A stretch of DNA of 63,896 bases, counting the filler, from Chrysochromulina tobinii (Eukaryota), in assembly GCA_001275005.1 (NCBI GenBank). It is 9 parts of 9 records of this genome, joined end to end, with 100 filler letters (N's around TTAATTAATTAA, not from the genome) between each part and the next. Parts side by side here need not be neighbours in the genome. Positions count along the whole stretch, not along the records: positions 33,775 to 47,670 come from JWZX01001229.1; positions 47,771 to 57,770 come from JWZX01001230.1; 7 more parts are not named here. One strand, written 5' to 3'. The notes beneath the pieces are model-generated. The model ran no database searches. It was given only the letters and a program-made list of their open reading frames with translations, and had not been told where the DNA came from. A program made the translations under genes and the position numbers. Positions 42,803 through 54,430 of this stretch are shown in pieces. Positions within the stretch are counted from its first letter, which is position 1. The number at the start of each line of letters is the position of its first letter.

Positions 42803-43006
42803 CTGAGGTGCCTTGACTCTCACGACAGCTTCGTCGCCGAGAGAGAGCGAGACGAGGACCACGGGGGCGCAAATTGTGTCGCGTGAATGGAGCTGTTCAC
42901 AGTCAGTGATTCAGCCTCAGTTGAACACAACCGTATCAAAGGACGGCTCCGCTCGTTTGATGCAAAGCACATATCCGAAAGCGCGCGCAGGCTAAGCCTA
43001 AGACCC

Positions 43007-44974
43007 CTAAGCGTTTGACAGACGAGACGCGCATCGGACCGAGCTGTACGCACTGCCGGTGCCGCCGACTCGACCGGCGCCCACCCACGCGGACCCACCC
43101 CGCACCATCGGCGCGCTGTGAGTCCCGCCCGCCATCGGCCGCGCCGCCCGCGCCGGGAAGTAGGCGGCGCGAGTGGCGCTGCCGACGCCAGCGCTGCCGA
43201 CGCCCGCGCTCGCCGTCGTGCTGGCTGAGGCGGCAAAGGCGGAGGCGGCAAAGGCGGAGGTGGCGGCCGTGCCATGAACCGTGGGAGCGGCCGTGGTGGC
43301 GGCTGCCTCGGCCGGGGCCGTGGTGGCCGCGCCACTTAGGGCCGTGGTGGCGGTGGCGGCGATCGCGGCCGAGCTGGCGTCGTGTTGGGCGGCGGCGTGG
43401 CCTCCAAGAGCTGGCGCGCCCAACACGACGCCCTTGGCCGTGCAGTAGCATTCATGCAGCGCGAGCCCGATGGCATGGCCCATCTGCGTGTACGAGGCGG
43501 GCTGGTACGCCTCGCCGCGCACATTGCCCTGCGCCGCACAGAACATAGAGACCTCGAGCGTGTAGCAGTGCACGCCCGGGAGCATCTCGGAGAGGGCCCG
43601 GCGGCCCGTGCCCGCCTTGGACTCGTCGCGGTCGAACTTGCAGCCCGCGGACGAGAAGTCTTTGGCTTGGTTCGCTAGGCATCGAGGAAAGGCGGTGACG
43701 GAGTCCATTTCGCGAAGGTCCTCGGGCAAGTTGGCGAAGATGAAGCCATTCATGCACGTCGAGTGCGCGTGCATGTCGAGGATCATCTCGAGCGCGGCCG
43801 CGGGTGTGCCGCCGCGCGCGGCCGCGTGGGCCGCGTGCGCCGTGTACTGCCGAGCGAGCTCTCGCACCGCGTGGATGGTGGGCGCCATGCCGGGCATCGA
43901 CGCGTGCCAGAGCCGGTTGAGGTCAAGACCGCACGAGTTGCATCGGTAATTGCCGAGGAAGACGCCGTCAGGGTTGAGCATCGGGACCACCTTGAGGATC
44001 ACGTGCTCGCGGAGCTCACGCGCGCGAGCGTGCTCCGACGTCAGGAAGAGGATCAGCCCGTGCATCATGAACGAGGCAGGCGACTCACCAGGGTGCACAC
44101 GCGCGCTCACTAAGACGACGCGGCGCGGCGCGACAGGCCCGGTGCCCGGCGGCGCGCCCTCGGGCGCAGGTGGAGACCCCACCGCGTGGCCCGCACGGAT
44201 GGCCGCATCGAGCGCCAGGTTGGCGGGCGACGAGATCGTGAGCAGGTCGAGCCGTCGCTCTTGGATGGAGCGGCACAGCAGCTCGCGATGCAGGCAAGGG
44301 AGGGCCTTGTGCTCGAGCGCGAGCAAGAAGCGCTGCAGGTACGAGTACGTGTACGGGAAGCAGTAGGCAAAGTAGTACGTCTCGTCCGCGCGCTCGAAGC
44401 AAAACGGGAACGAGAGGACGTAGTCCTTGTTGTGGCGCGGCGAGCGGTAGTAGAAGACGGACTGCGGAGGCATGCGCTCCCAGTACGGGCGCGCCGACGT
44501 GCACACGACGGGCGCCATGCCGTCGCGGAAGAGCGACTTGGTCTTCGAGTACCCGAGGATGTTGAAGACCACCTTCTGGCCCGCGCGCGCCCCCTTGACG
44601 CTGAAGTAGAACCACACGCGGTGGCGTGAGTTGAGCGTGTCGGGCCGAATCTGCAGGTCGTACTCGCATGGCTGCAACGAGACGAGCTTCGCCGAGGCGA
44701 GATTGGCACTTTCGAAGCTCGTGCCATCGAACTCGAGCTCGGGTGGCCCAGCGGCAGAGGCCGACGAGGACGCTGCAGCCGCAGCCGCCACCTGCTGAGG
44801 CTGCGTTTCTGGCTTCGGCGGTGGAGGTGCTAGCTGCGGCGGCGCGTCCTGCTTTGCGGACGCCACGAATGCGGGGCCTTGCTGGTCCGGATCAGAGCTG
44901 CGCAAAAAGGATTTTGCGCGCCGTCCGGCGGTCGCTTGCAAGGAGGCCCTATTCCAGCCAAGGGCGAGTTCCAT
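43007..44974 (-). CDS. Cytosolic carboxypeptidase (M14D, CCP6/AGBL4-like tubulin deglutamylase)
   Basis: FESANL, WFYF, FPYTY, ARVHPGE, PMLNPDGVFLGNYR, DLNR, DMHAHS, YTLEVS. Confidence 0.92.
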   Translation of the reverse strand: MELALGWNRASLQATAGRRAKSFLRSSDPDQQGPAFVASAKQDAPPQLAPPPPKPETQPQQVAAAAAASSSASAAGPPELEFDGTSFESANLASAKLVSLQPCEYDLQIRPDTLNSRHRVWFYFSVKGARAGQKVVFNILGYSKTKSLFRDGMAPVVCTSARPYWERMPPQSVFYYRSPRHNKDYVLSFPFCFERADETYYFAYCFPYTYSYLQRFLLALEHKALPCLHRELLCRSIQERRLDLLTISSPANLALDAAIRAGHAVGSPPAPEGAPPGTGPVAPRRVVLVSARVHPGESPASFMMHGLILFLTSEHARARELREHVILKVVPMLNPDGVFLGNYRCNSCGLDLNRLWHASMPGMAPTIHAVRELARQYTAHAAHAAARGGTPAAALEMILDMHAHSTCMNGFIFANLPEDLREMDSVTAFPRCLANQAKDFSSAGCKFDRDESKAGTGRRALSEMLPGVHCYTLEVSMFCAAQGNVRGEAYQPASYTQMGHAIGLALHECYCTAKGVVLGAPALGGHAAAQHDASSAAIAATATTALSGAATTAPAEAAATTAAPTVHGTAATSAFAASAFAASASTTASAGVGSAGVGSATRAAYFPARAARPMAGGTHSAPMVRGGSAWVGAGRVGGTGSAYSSVRCASRLSNA

Positions 44975-45215
44975 GCCCCCAGGTTCTTCGCGAACGCGAA
45001 AATAGCGTTTCGAGTCCACTCGCAAAAAGTGTGCAAGACGGCGCTTTAGTCTTCTTCGACTTTAAACACGAAAATACCTGATGCAATTCCACGTCCATCG
45101 TGGTACATGTAATAGCCCCCTTCCGTATCGCGCACGCGTCGGCCTATTTAATAAGCTCAGGCCGAAGTACAAAGAGGGGGTAAACTAAGCCCGTCAGCAT
45201 CGAGCAGTCGGCACC

Positions 45216-46157
45216 TCAGAAATAGTCATCGTCGGCCCCGTACTCGCGAAAGCTATCGCCTGCCTGGTGCTCCGAGGCCGCTGCCCCACCCCCAGCGGCC
45301 GCGGGCGAGGCGGCCGACGCAGGAGGCGACGCGGCACCAGGCGAGCCCTTACTACCAAAGGGCCAGAAGCCGGCTTTGGACTTCGACTTGTCGCCAGTGG
45401 CCTTGCGATTGGCGGGGCCCCGCGGGCGCTGCAGCAAGGCTGTGGGCACCGCGTCGGGCACGTCCCCCATCGAGCTAGTGCGGCCACTCGTGACAGGCGG
45501 CGGGCCAGCATGTCCGCCGGTGGGCGAGCGACCATCCACGGCCTCGACGCCCACCTCGGCGCCCGCGCCCACCTCGGCGCCCGCGCCCGCGCTAAAAGAG
45601 GGGTGCCGAGTGACCGCCCCCTCCTGCAGCTCAGTCAGCATCACGAGCTCCTCGTGGGACAGACCAATTGGCGCATTGCTGTGAAGAGGGGTGTGAAGAC
45701 CAATTGGCCCTCGCTCATGAGCAGAGGCCCCAAGCTCCGTTGCCGGCGGCGGCAGTGCTGACCCCACCCCTGTGAATTCACACCTCGGCAGTGCTGACCC
45801 CACCCGAGCGCCGCCGCTGCCGCCGCCGCCCCCCACGGCGCCCGCCGTGGGGGTGCTGCCGAACGCAAGCGCCGCCAGCAGCGTCTCTTCGTCGATGTAA
45901 TCTTCCCGAGGCTGCGCTGGGGTCGCCGGGGTCGGTGTGAAGAGGGCTGCCGTCGCCAACGCCGCAGCCGCGGCCTCCGGCACCGGGGTCGACGCCGGCT
46001 GCGGCGTGCGCGGTTTACGCTGCTCTGCATGCAACTTGCGCAGCGACGCGGCGAGACCCTCCTGCCGCTTGTTGTCGCGCTCTGCCTTCTCGATCGCGGC
46101 CAGAAAGTTGGCCAACTCGACAAGGAGTTGTCGCGCCGTTCCGGCATCCACAGGTCC

Positions 46158-46203
<46 letters not shown>

Positions 46204-47670
46204 GTCACAGCACCATCGCCAAACGCTTTGAGCAGCTTGCGAAGCTCCGTCTCGCTGCGCTGCACGGCCGCCTCGACAGCGATCACGAGCTCCTTGGCCT
46301 CACGCACAGACGCATGGAGCACCGCACACACGCGCCGGCAAAAGTACGCGGCCACTTCGGGCGCAGCAGCCTGGTAGTTCTCCCACTCCGAGGGCGGTGG
46401 CTCCGCAGCCCACGCGCCAAACTCATTCGTCTCCTTGGCGAGCTGGGCGAGCGCGCCCGGCTCTCGCGAGCCATTGGCGACGCCCTCGCCATCGCTCTCA
46501 GCATGGGCGTCGCCGTCGGCCTCGACGGCCACCACCGCCACCCCGGTGGCCGCATTCTTGGCACGCCTCTGAGCTTCCTCGGCGGCGCGGATGACCTCGA
46601 GCTCGAGCTCGGTCATCTCCGTGCGCAGCCTGGCCGCCTCCTTGTACACCTCGCCGAGGTCGAGCGCCGCCGCCTCGGGCAGCCGCTTCAGCTCCATCCG
46701 CAGCGCGGCCGCATTCGCGCCCAGCTCAGCGCACTGCTCGGCCACGTAGTGCATCAAGGTGACCTCACCGCCCTTGGTGCTCTTGACGGTCATGAGCACC
46801 GACAAGACCTCGAGTCCGAAGGCGCTCGCCTCGCCGCGCGCGGTACCCTCGTTCATCGCGTTACCCACCGCGAGGACGACCCCGAGTGCCCTCTGCATCG
46901 CCGACGAGGTGCGCGCCTGCGACGCGCCCGCGACGGCATACTCGAGCTGCCGCTGCAGCGTGCGCGCCAACGGCCCGATGGCCTTCGCCGTCATGTAAGC
47001 ACTCAGCCGGGGGCCGACGCGCGGCAGCGCCATCATCCGATGCAGAAACTCGTCCGCCTCGGCGAGCAATGGGCGCTCGGGCCGCGGCACCTCGGGCGAG
47101 ATCAGGGCGAGATGAGCGCTGATCTGCTCCGACTCCTCCTCGGTCGGGAGGCAGCTGATGAGCGCAGGCAGGTCCTCGGCCGAGCCCGACGCGTTGAGCA
47201 CGCTCGCATCGAGCGTGACGATGGCCAGGTGCATGCGCACGGGCTCGCGCGCGCCGCGGAAGCGGGAGAGGGTGATCTGGATGTGCTGGGAGCGTCTCAT
47301 CCCGAGGATCGAGGGCACGCTCTCCTGCTTGAGAGGCGTGCTGCCCGGCGCCCCTGGGGTACCCTTTGCTTGCGGCGTACGCTGCGCGACGCTGGCGAGG
47401 CTGTGCAGCCGTTGCTGATTCTTGAGCTGCTCGACGCCGAAGAGTGTCAGCATCGTCTCCTGATCCACCGCGTACGCCGCCGCCCATCGGCTCGCGCCAT
47501 CCCACACCGTCGACGCTGCCCCGCTGTCTTGAGGCGCCGATGGGTTCTTGAGGCGCCGCCAGTGCAGCGGCCGCAACTTGGCGGTGGTGACGCGTTTGGG
47601 CTTCGGTGCGCCGGCGAGTCCGGGCAACGGCGGCGGCGGCGGCGGTGCTCCGGGCGGACGCGGTGCGCCT
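45216..47670 (-). CDS. Formin (end of FH1 + FH2 domain), 5'-partial
   Basis: Poly-Pro at the contig edge; KLRPLHWRRL, RRSQHIQITLSRF, LPTEEE, VLAVGNAMNEGT.RG.A.AF.L..L. Confidence 0.9.
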
Positions 47671-47770
47671 NNNNNNNNNNNNNNNNNNNNNNNNNNNNNN
47701 NNNNNNNNNNNNNNTTAATTAATTAANNNNNNNNNNNNNNNNNNNNNNNNNNNNNNNNNNNNNNNNNNNN
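47671..47770. other. Artificial contig linker
   Basis: 44 N + TTAATTAATTAA + 44 N. Confidence 0.99.
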
Positions 47771-49346
47771 ACGAGCGCTCGCGACGGCGCGTTCAGCAGC
47801 GCGGCGCGTGCATCGGCTGCACGTCCGAGAAGCAGCAGCAGCGCCGATCGCGCGCGGTCGCACTGGCAAGCGAGCACGAAGTCGTTGGCGGCGGTGGCGG
47901 TGCTGGCGGCGATGGCGGCGACGGCAGCAGCGCCGCCGATTGAAGCAGCGGGCTCGATGGCGGGGATGGCGGCGGCGGCGGCGGCGGCGGCGGCAGCGGC
48001 GGAATGGGAATGAAGGGCGACGCGACCGATGCAGTGAGCATGCACGTACACGGCCCACGCCAGTGCCTTCATCCTCTCGTCCACGCGAGGCACGTTGGGT
48101 GCAGCGGGTAGATCCACAGTCAGAGCTACCGGTACAAGCACTGCGTCGTCAGCTCGAGTCCTCGCAGCATCCGTCACCGCACCAGGCAAGCACGCGCCGC
48201 TCAGGCACAGCGCTCGGCACAACGCGTCGATGCCCGCGCTCGGCCCCCCGCCTGCGAGGACGAGCAGGGCGGCCGTGCCCCCGCAGATCCACAGCGTCGG
48301 CTGCCAGCTGTTGAGGCCCTCGCGCCGTCTCGGGCGCTTGGAGGAGCGCACGGCGGCGGGCGGAGGATGGGCCACCACCGACGGCAGCCCCGCGACGGTC
48401 CGTGCGCGCTTGGCTGGAGGCGGGAACACCGTCTCTGTAACCACCGTCCCTGGCTCCGGCGCGAGGAGAAGCACTTCGTCGACATCCTCCTCGACGTCCT
48501 CGTCAACATCGACGTCATCGTGGCTCTCATCCTCCAGACGAGTGGCGCCGTGCCCGTGGCCGCTGGCACCGGACGCTTCCCTTCGGTCTGGGTGCATGCA
48601 CTGGTTGCATGCATCGTTGGCACCGGACGCTTCCCATCGCTCTGCGGCGCGGCCGAGCTCGGCAAGGGTGCGCGCAATCTCGTCTGGGAGAGATTGCGAG
48701 CCCCCGAGCGCGGCCGGTGGCGGCGACGACGTTGCTGTGCCCGCCTCGGCACTCAGCTCGGCGAGCGCGCATCGAAGCGCCGCGAGCAGCGTCTGCAACG
48801 CTTCAGTCGGGTCGTGAAGGGTCCGTGTGGACGACGAGGAGGTTGAGAGGCTTCCCGCAACTCCGACCGCCAGCCGGAGCAGCGCAACGGCGGGCGGTTG
48901 GTCTTTCGACGATGGTGGGGCGGCGGCGGAGGCCGAGCCCATGGTGGTGGCGCGATGGCGACAGAAGTCACGGAGCTGCCGTAGAAGCGAGCGGCGCGAG
49001 GAGGCAAGGCTTTCGGCCGTCGCGGTTCCGCATCGCACCGATCCGAGCAGCGCTGCGTGGCCAAAGTAGATCTCGCGCCACTGCACGAGCCTGGCCCTCG
49101 CGCCACGAGGCAAGTTGCGCACGCTTTCGAGGCCGAGGCGCGCATGCCGAACAACCTCGTCCCAGCGGCCCAGGGCGGCATACGCCTCGCACGCATGGGC
49201 GTGCACGGCGACGGCGAGGCGCACTGCCGCTGGCGTGCCAACCTCGGGAAGCGCGAGCTTGTGGCTGAGTGCTGGGTCGGGCGGCAGGAGCAGGAGTGGC
49301 GAGTCGCTCGGCGGCGGCGGCGGAGGCGGCGGCTGCGGCTGCTGCG

Positions 49347-49420
<74 letters not shown>

Positions 49421-49509
49421 ACAGCGATGACCAGGCGTGCGAGGGTCAGGTGGTGGCCCAGGGCGGCATGGTGGCGAAGGGACGAGACAATGTGACGCTC
49501 TTCGGCCAT
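47771..49509 (-). CDS. Hypothetical polyQ/polyP protein with TPR-like helices (3'-partial)
   Basis: ORF of ~580 codons from an ATG; helical segment EAYAALGRWDEVVRHARLGL; 24-Gln run. Confidence 0.55.
49348..49419 (-). repeat. (CAG)n tract encoding 24 Gln
   Basis: CTG repeats on the + strand with one TTG interruption. Confidence 0.95.
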
Positions 49510-49681
49510 CGAGTCGGGAGGGCTCTCGGCGCTCGCTCCGCTCGGCGCCGCCCCACGGGAGACAAGTCAAGTCAAGACAAGCAAATCCCAAACGCGACGG
49601 TCGTAAGCGTGAATGTGAATAGCGGGACACACAGAACGCACTCGACTCTCTGGCGGAGGGGATCAGGCAAAAAACGCCGTC

Positions 49682-51871
49682 ATGAGTGGACCAGTGCATG
49701 TTTCGGCTTCCGCAACGGGACGTTCAACAAATCGTCCCCCAGGAGTCATGACGTCTACAAGTAGGGCATTGACCGCCCCCGAGGCCCCGATGCCCGTTCA
49801 CTCTCGTTTCGAGACCTCCATGCCCCCCGATGTCCCCGAGAACGCCGAGACGGACGTCGCTTGGCGAGAGGTGGCACGCCGCACTCGCATGATCGCCGCA
49901 CAGTGGAAGCGGCTCTACATCGCTGAGCAGTCAGCAGCCGCCGAGGCCAAGGCGGCAGCCCTTCAACAAAAGGAGCTGCGCAAGAAGGTGGAGCAGGACC
50001 TGAATATTGCACTGCGGCAGAGCGAGGCGGCGGCGCAATCGCTGAAAGCGGCAGTATTCGAGAAGAAACAGTGGCAGGATCGCAGTACAGCTCAGCAGTT
50101 CTCCGCAACGTACTTGGAGCTCGATGCGACTCGTACGCGGCTGTATGAGACGGAGGCGTCGCTGAAATCGACCCAGCGGGCGTTTGAGGCGTTGCAGCGC
50201 CAGTACGATGAGTATCTTGGGCAGAGCACTGGGGCGCTTAAGAGCCAAAGTGCGGCAGCGCGCGCGGCCATCGAGAGCACTGAGCGCCACTTGGAGGATG
50301 TCCTCGAGGCCAAGCGGCGCACCGAGGATGATCTGATCGCGGCCCGCATTAAGATCGGCGAGCTGCTGTCAAAGTACCCGGAGGGGGCGCTCGAAGGCGC
50401 GCACCAGAGGGTGCACGAGACCAAGACCTATTGCGAGGCGCTCGAGCGCACAATTCTGACGCTCCAGGCTGAGAACGCGCGCTGGAAGGACCGCGCGCGT
50501 GGCGCCCTGGCCTCCGAGCGGCTGATGCAGCTCAAGGGCGGGATGGTCCCGCCGGGCTTGATCGCGCAGCCGTCCGCGCTCGACACGAAGGATCGCGTCT
50601 CGCTCGGCTTGGAGCCCGGGGACGACCCGAACGACCCCGTGAAGCTGCGCTTAGAGCTGCGCCGATGGCGTGAGCTGGCAGAGTATGAGACTCGTCGCGT
50701 CAAGGCGTTCCAACGAATCCTGTGGGACTCCGATGTGCTGCTCGGAGAGAAGCGCTTCACGCAGGCGCACAAGCTGCAGGTGATGGAATGGCTTCGCATG
50801 CAATTGGAGGACCTTGAGGCTTTCGAACCGCCCAAGGCAGCAGTCCCACCCAAGAAGCCGCTCGGAACGGCGCGGGGCAGCGCCTCGGCACGGCGCGCCA
50901 AGTATGGCAACGGTCCCGGAGGTGATGGCTCTGGAGGCAACGGCTCCGGAGGCTTGAACAGCGACGATGCGGCGCGGCTGGCCGAGCTGCGCAGGCGGCA
51001 GGCGGCTGGGCAGCTTACGGACGCGGAGCGGTTGGAGATGGAGGCCCTTCAGCGCAAGGGCGGCTCATGGGGCAAAGTTCGCGGCGTTGTGCAGGCTAGC
51101 GCACGCTTCAGGATGAGTCCTTTTGGCGAGACCAAGTGGCGACGCGAGGACCAGTCCTCTTGGAGACGAATCCCAGGGCCCCTCGCGACGTTCCTTCAGA
51201 GCTTCGACTGCGCGGAGAAGGACAACGAGGAGCATGCGAGAATGCGCCAGGTTCTCTTTGATCGGTTCGATGCGAACCATAACGGTTACATTTCGCTCGC
51301 CGAGTGCGGCGCCGGCATTCTGATCACTTTGGGGGGGCACTGCAAGACTTTTGGCCAGGGGGCCATGGCCACAAAGCTGTACCATCGCTTCTATAAATCG
51401 TACATCTGGGCCTTCAGCGATGCACGCGACAGCTCGGACGCGCGCGGAGGCAAAGGCAAAGCGGGGCTCGATGACGACGATTACGTGACCAGGCCCGAAT
51501 TCCGGCTGCTCATCTCATACCTCCGCATCTACGCGACGTGGTACGAGGTGTTTGCAAACCTGATCGACAACAGCACCAACGAACTGGTGGCTCAGGGCAA
51601 GGTGAAGCGCGACACGCTCGACGAGAAGCCGATCGAAACGGACAACCGCATCCAGCGCGACGAGTGGGAGAAGGCGCTGCCCATGACGCGCGCCGCAGGC
51701 GAAACGTGGGCGCCGTTCATCAACCTACGCAACGCCTCGGCTGCGGACTTCGACGTCATCGACAAGAACCGTGGCGGCCACATCTCCTTCCCAGAGTTTT
51801 GCGAGTGGCTCGAGGCGGCCGAGATCGAGGCGGGCACGCCGTTTGGCCTCGACCTCGGCGTTGGCGAGTAA
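49682..51871 (+). CDS. Coiled-coil protein with C-terminal flagellar calcium-binding protein (calflagin)-like EF-hand domain
   Basis: LFDRFDANHNGYISLAE, DDYVTRPEFRLLISYL, FDVIDKNRGGHISFPEFCEW; long heptad region at the N-terminus. Confidence 0.8.
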   Translation: MSGPVHVSASATGRSTNRPPGVMTSTSRALTAPEAPMPVHSRFETSMPPDVPENAETDVAWREVARRTRMIAAQWKRLYIAEQSAAAEAKAAALQQKELRKKVEQDLNIALRQSEAAAQSLKAAVFEKKQWQDRSTAQQFSATYLELDATRTRLYETEASLKSTQRAFEALQRQYDEYLGQSTGALKSQSAAARAAIESTERHLEDVLEAKRRTEDDLIAARIKIGELLSKYPEGALEGAHQRVHETKTYCEALERTILTLQAENARWKDRARGALASERLMQLKGGMVPPGLIAQPSALDTKDRVSLGLEPGDDPNDPVKLRLELRRWRELAEYETRRVKAFQRILWDSDVLLGEKRFTQAHKLQVMEWLRMQLEDLEAFEPPKAAVPPKKPLGTARGSASARRAKYGNGPGGDGSGGNGSGGLNSDDAARLAELRRRQAAGQLTDAERLEMEALQRKGGSWGKVRGVVQASARFRMSPFGETKWRREDQSSWRRIPGPLATFLQSFDCAEKDNEEHARMRQVLFDRFDANHNGYISLAECGAGILITLGGHCKTFGQGAMATKLYHRFYKSYIWAFSDARDSSDARGGKGKAGLDDDDYVTRPEFRLLISYLRIYATWYEVFANLIDNSTNELVAQGKVKRDTLDEKPIETDNRIQRDEWEKALPMTRAAGETWAPFINLRNASAADFDVIDKNRGGHISFPEFCEWLEAAEIEAGTPFGLDLGVGE

Positions 51872-52309
51872 AGATCGTAAGATGGCGCTTGGGTTTCGCT
51901 TGCCCGTTCCGTTCGGTGCTTCGATCCCGCCCGTCGGCGCGCGCGCGGGCCGCGAATTTAAAACATGACGCTTCAACGTTCCGTTGCCTTCCGGTCGGGA
52001 CTCGGGTTGTCGGAGGGTTCACTTAAAATTTCGATCTATATATTCGTTAGTATTACGGAGTCTATAGACTATACGCGCAACGACCTGCACGCAGGTCGCA
52101 GCACGGGATTGTCCGCACGGCATCGCCATCGGGTACCATCACGCACGTCACCGCACAGTCGTCGTACATGCATCGCCCTTGTCGGGCGTCAACAGCGCGA
52201 GACGTCAGACCGCCGAGTCAGGCACGCCGCCCATCGCTCCGGACACACGCAGGCTCACACGGGGGCCCGTTCTGTGTGGTGGCTCTGCTGGTCCCACAGC
52301 CTGGTCGGC

Positions 52310-53899
52310 TCACACGGAGTCGTGCTTGCCCGCAAGGCCCTTGAGCATGGATTGCACCGCGGGTACTGCTGCCCACAGCGATGCAGCGATGCCCGTCAGG
52401 CCGTAGCCGAGTGCCGCAAAGGGGAGCGCGGCGGGCTCGGTTGCGGCCAGCGCGGCCGTGCCGAACCCGTGGCAAGAGGCGGCGGTGGCGAGGCCTCGAA
52501 CTAGGGGGTCGACGAAGCCGCCGAGAGTGAGCAGCCGTTGGCAGAGGACGGCCCCGACGAGGCCGGTGACGAGGACGGAGGCGGCACAGATGGGGATGTT
52601 GCTCTCGGGCGTGCCGAGCTGCTGTGCAATAGGCATCGCAAGCGCCACCGTCACGGAACGTGGAACGAGCGCAAGGGTCAGATCCGGTGTGAGCCCCAGA
52701 GCGCGCGCCGCCGAGGCGGTGACGAGCATGGAGAGGAGCGAGGAGATGGCGGCGCAGCCAACAATCTCCGCGGCATGGCGCACGAGCAGCGCGCGTTGCC
52801 CATAGATATGGAACCCAAACGTGAGAACGACCACGCCTAGGAAGCTCATGAGGACGTCTCCGGAGCCCTTTGGCTTGCCATCCTTGCCCTTGGTCAGGTA
52901 GGTCTTGAGCGTCGTGTAGTAGCCCTCGCCGGTCAGCTGGCCCGCGCACGCGACGCCGATGGTCGCGCACACGGCGGTAGCCACCACAGGGTGTGGCATC
53001 AGCGGGGCCAGTAGAGCAGGAGGGATGGAGCCGAAGATGAGGCCTCCGACAGTCCAGGCGAGCAGATGAAGCTGCTGGGCATAGAAGCCGAGGTCGGAGC
53101 CGGGCGTGGCTTGCGAGAGCGCGGCGGCCGAGCCGAGCGCGACGGCCGCGCACGTCACGAGATGCAGCATCGTAAACGGCGCCGGCTTTGGCACCGGCGA
53201 CACCGGCAGCAGCGCCACAGAAGCGAGTCTACGGATGCCGAGCACGATGACACCTGCCGAGAAGAGAGAAAAGGGCATGCCGAGCCCCAAGACGATGCCA
53301 ATCTTGCTCAGCTCCGAGCTCGAGAGCGCCTCAACGGCGAGCGGAAGGACGACGAGCGCGGGTACGTAGAAGAGCGGCAAGTAGCGTCCTACCCACTTGA
53401 GCGCTGGAGCCGCCGCCGCCACGATGCTCTCGGCTGCGGCAAGGTTGCCGCTTGCGCTCAGCCCCCAGAGACCGCCGAGGATGCCGAACATGCCTAGGAG
53501 CGACGGCGGGAACTTGATGTCCGCGGCGGCCATGCCCTTGGTCAGCACGTTGTTGAGCGTGTAGAGGACCCCGACTGCCACGCCGAAGTGTAGCCAATCC
53601 TTCGCAACGAGGAGTGGCTCGGCGACGGTGGGAGACGCAACCGCACCGGCTGCTGCGCCAGCTGCCACTCCAGTCGCTTCCGACCCTGCCTTGGATGCTG
53701 CTGTGCCCTCCGCAGAGGCTGGCGTGGGCTTCGTGCAGAGTTGTCGTCGCTGACAGCCGTGATGGATCCGACAGCTCTTCAATGAGCTCGATGGCTGAGA
53801 TATAGCGAGTCGTTGTTGAAGCGGCATATGGCACGAAGCCTCACGTGTGATTTTCGCCAAGCCGGCGGTGAACGGGCGTCGCTGCACGCCTCGCAGCAT
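52310..53899 (-). CDS. LrgA-LrgB fusion transporter, PLGG1-like (glycolate/glycerate translocator family)
   Basis: IKFPPSLLGMF, LPLFYVPALVVLPL, GSGDVLMSFLG.VVL.FGF, PRSVTVALA, RGLATAASCHGFGTAAL. Confidence 0.88.
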   Translation of the reverse strand: MLRGVQRRPFTAGLAKITREASCHMPLQQRLAISQPSSSLKSCRIHHGCQRRQLCTKPTPASAEGTAASKAGSEATGVAAGAAAGAVASPTVAEPLLVAKDWLHFGVAVGVLYTLNNVLTKGMAAADIKFPPSLLGMFGILGGLWGLSASGNLAAAESIVAAAAPALKWVGRYLPLFYVPALVVLPLAVEALSSSELSKIGIVLGLGMPFSLFSAGVIVLGIRRLASVALLPVSPVPKPAPFTMLHLVTCAAVALGSAAALSQATPGSDLGFYAQQLHLLAWTVGGLIFGSIPPALLAPLMPHPVVATAVCATIGVACAGQLTGEGYYTTLKTYLTKGKDGKPKGSGDVLMSFLGVVVLTFGFHIYGQRALLVRHAAEIVGCAAISSLLSMLVTASAARALGLTPDLTLALVPRSVTVALAMPIAQQLGTPESNIPICAASVLVTGLVGAVLCQRLLTLGGFVDPLVRGLATAASCHGFGTAALAATEPAALPFAALGYGLTGIAASLWAAVPAVQSMLKGLAGKHDSV

Positions 53900-53976
53900 T
53901 TTTAACGCCGGGAATCCTCTGTCCCTTTTGCGAGCAGCAGCCTAAAATATTATATGATCTCGCCGGTCGAGATCAT

Positions 53977-54024
53977 GAGTGAGTGAGTCTGTGAGTGAGT
54001 GAGTGAGTGAGTGAGTGAGTGAGT
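53977..54024 (+). repeat. (GAGT)n microsatellite
   Basis: About 12 tetramer units with one interruption. Confidence 0.95.
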
Positions 54025-54430
54025 GGGCCGATTTCCCTCGAGTGCCCGCCGGGATTCGCTCAGCGGCTCGCCTCGCCACCGCACGAGGGCCTCAACGCTC
54101 ACGCGAGGAGAGCGGTGTGCCCACGTGTGTAGCGCGCGCGCGCATGCCGCCACCACGCCGAGCACCACTTTTATGTACAGGCAAGTGAACATCATTGGTC
54201 CGCGCCACTGATGATGCTCTCTGGTGTTCACACAGCTTCACAGATCACACGCTTACTGTGTTGATCGTGTCGTAGACGTAGTGTACCGGTGTAACTTACT
54301 GACTGACGGACAAGCAATCGCCCCAATTATCGTTTGTTGTTTGGTTCTTGACTTGACTTGACTTGACCTGACATGACTTGTGAATGAAGGTGAAGTCGAA
54401 GAACTGTCACAAGCCAGGAGGCATCTCGTA

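Noticed and set aside
17878..51871. Apparent cluster of calcium-signalling genes (EF-hand, IQ, calflagin-like)
   Set aside because: They lie on different contigs joined artificially. Only the three genes in 17878-24165 are truly linked, and EF-hand genes are common.
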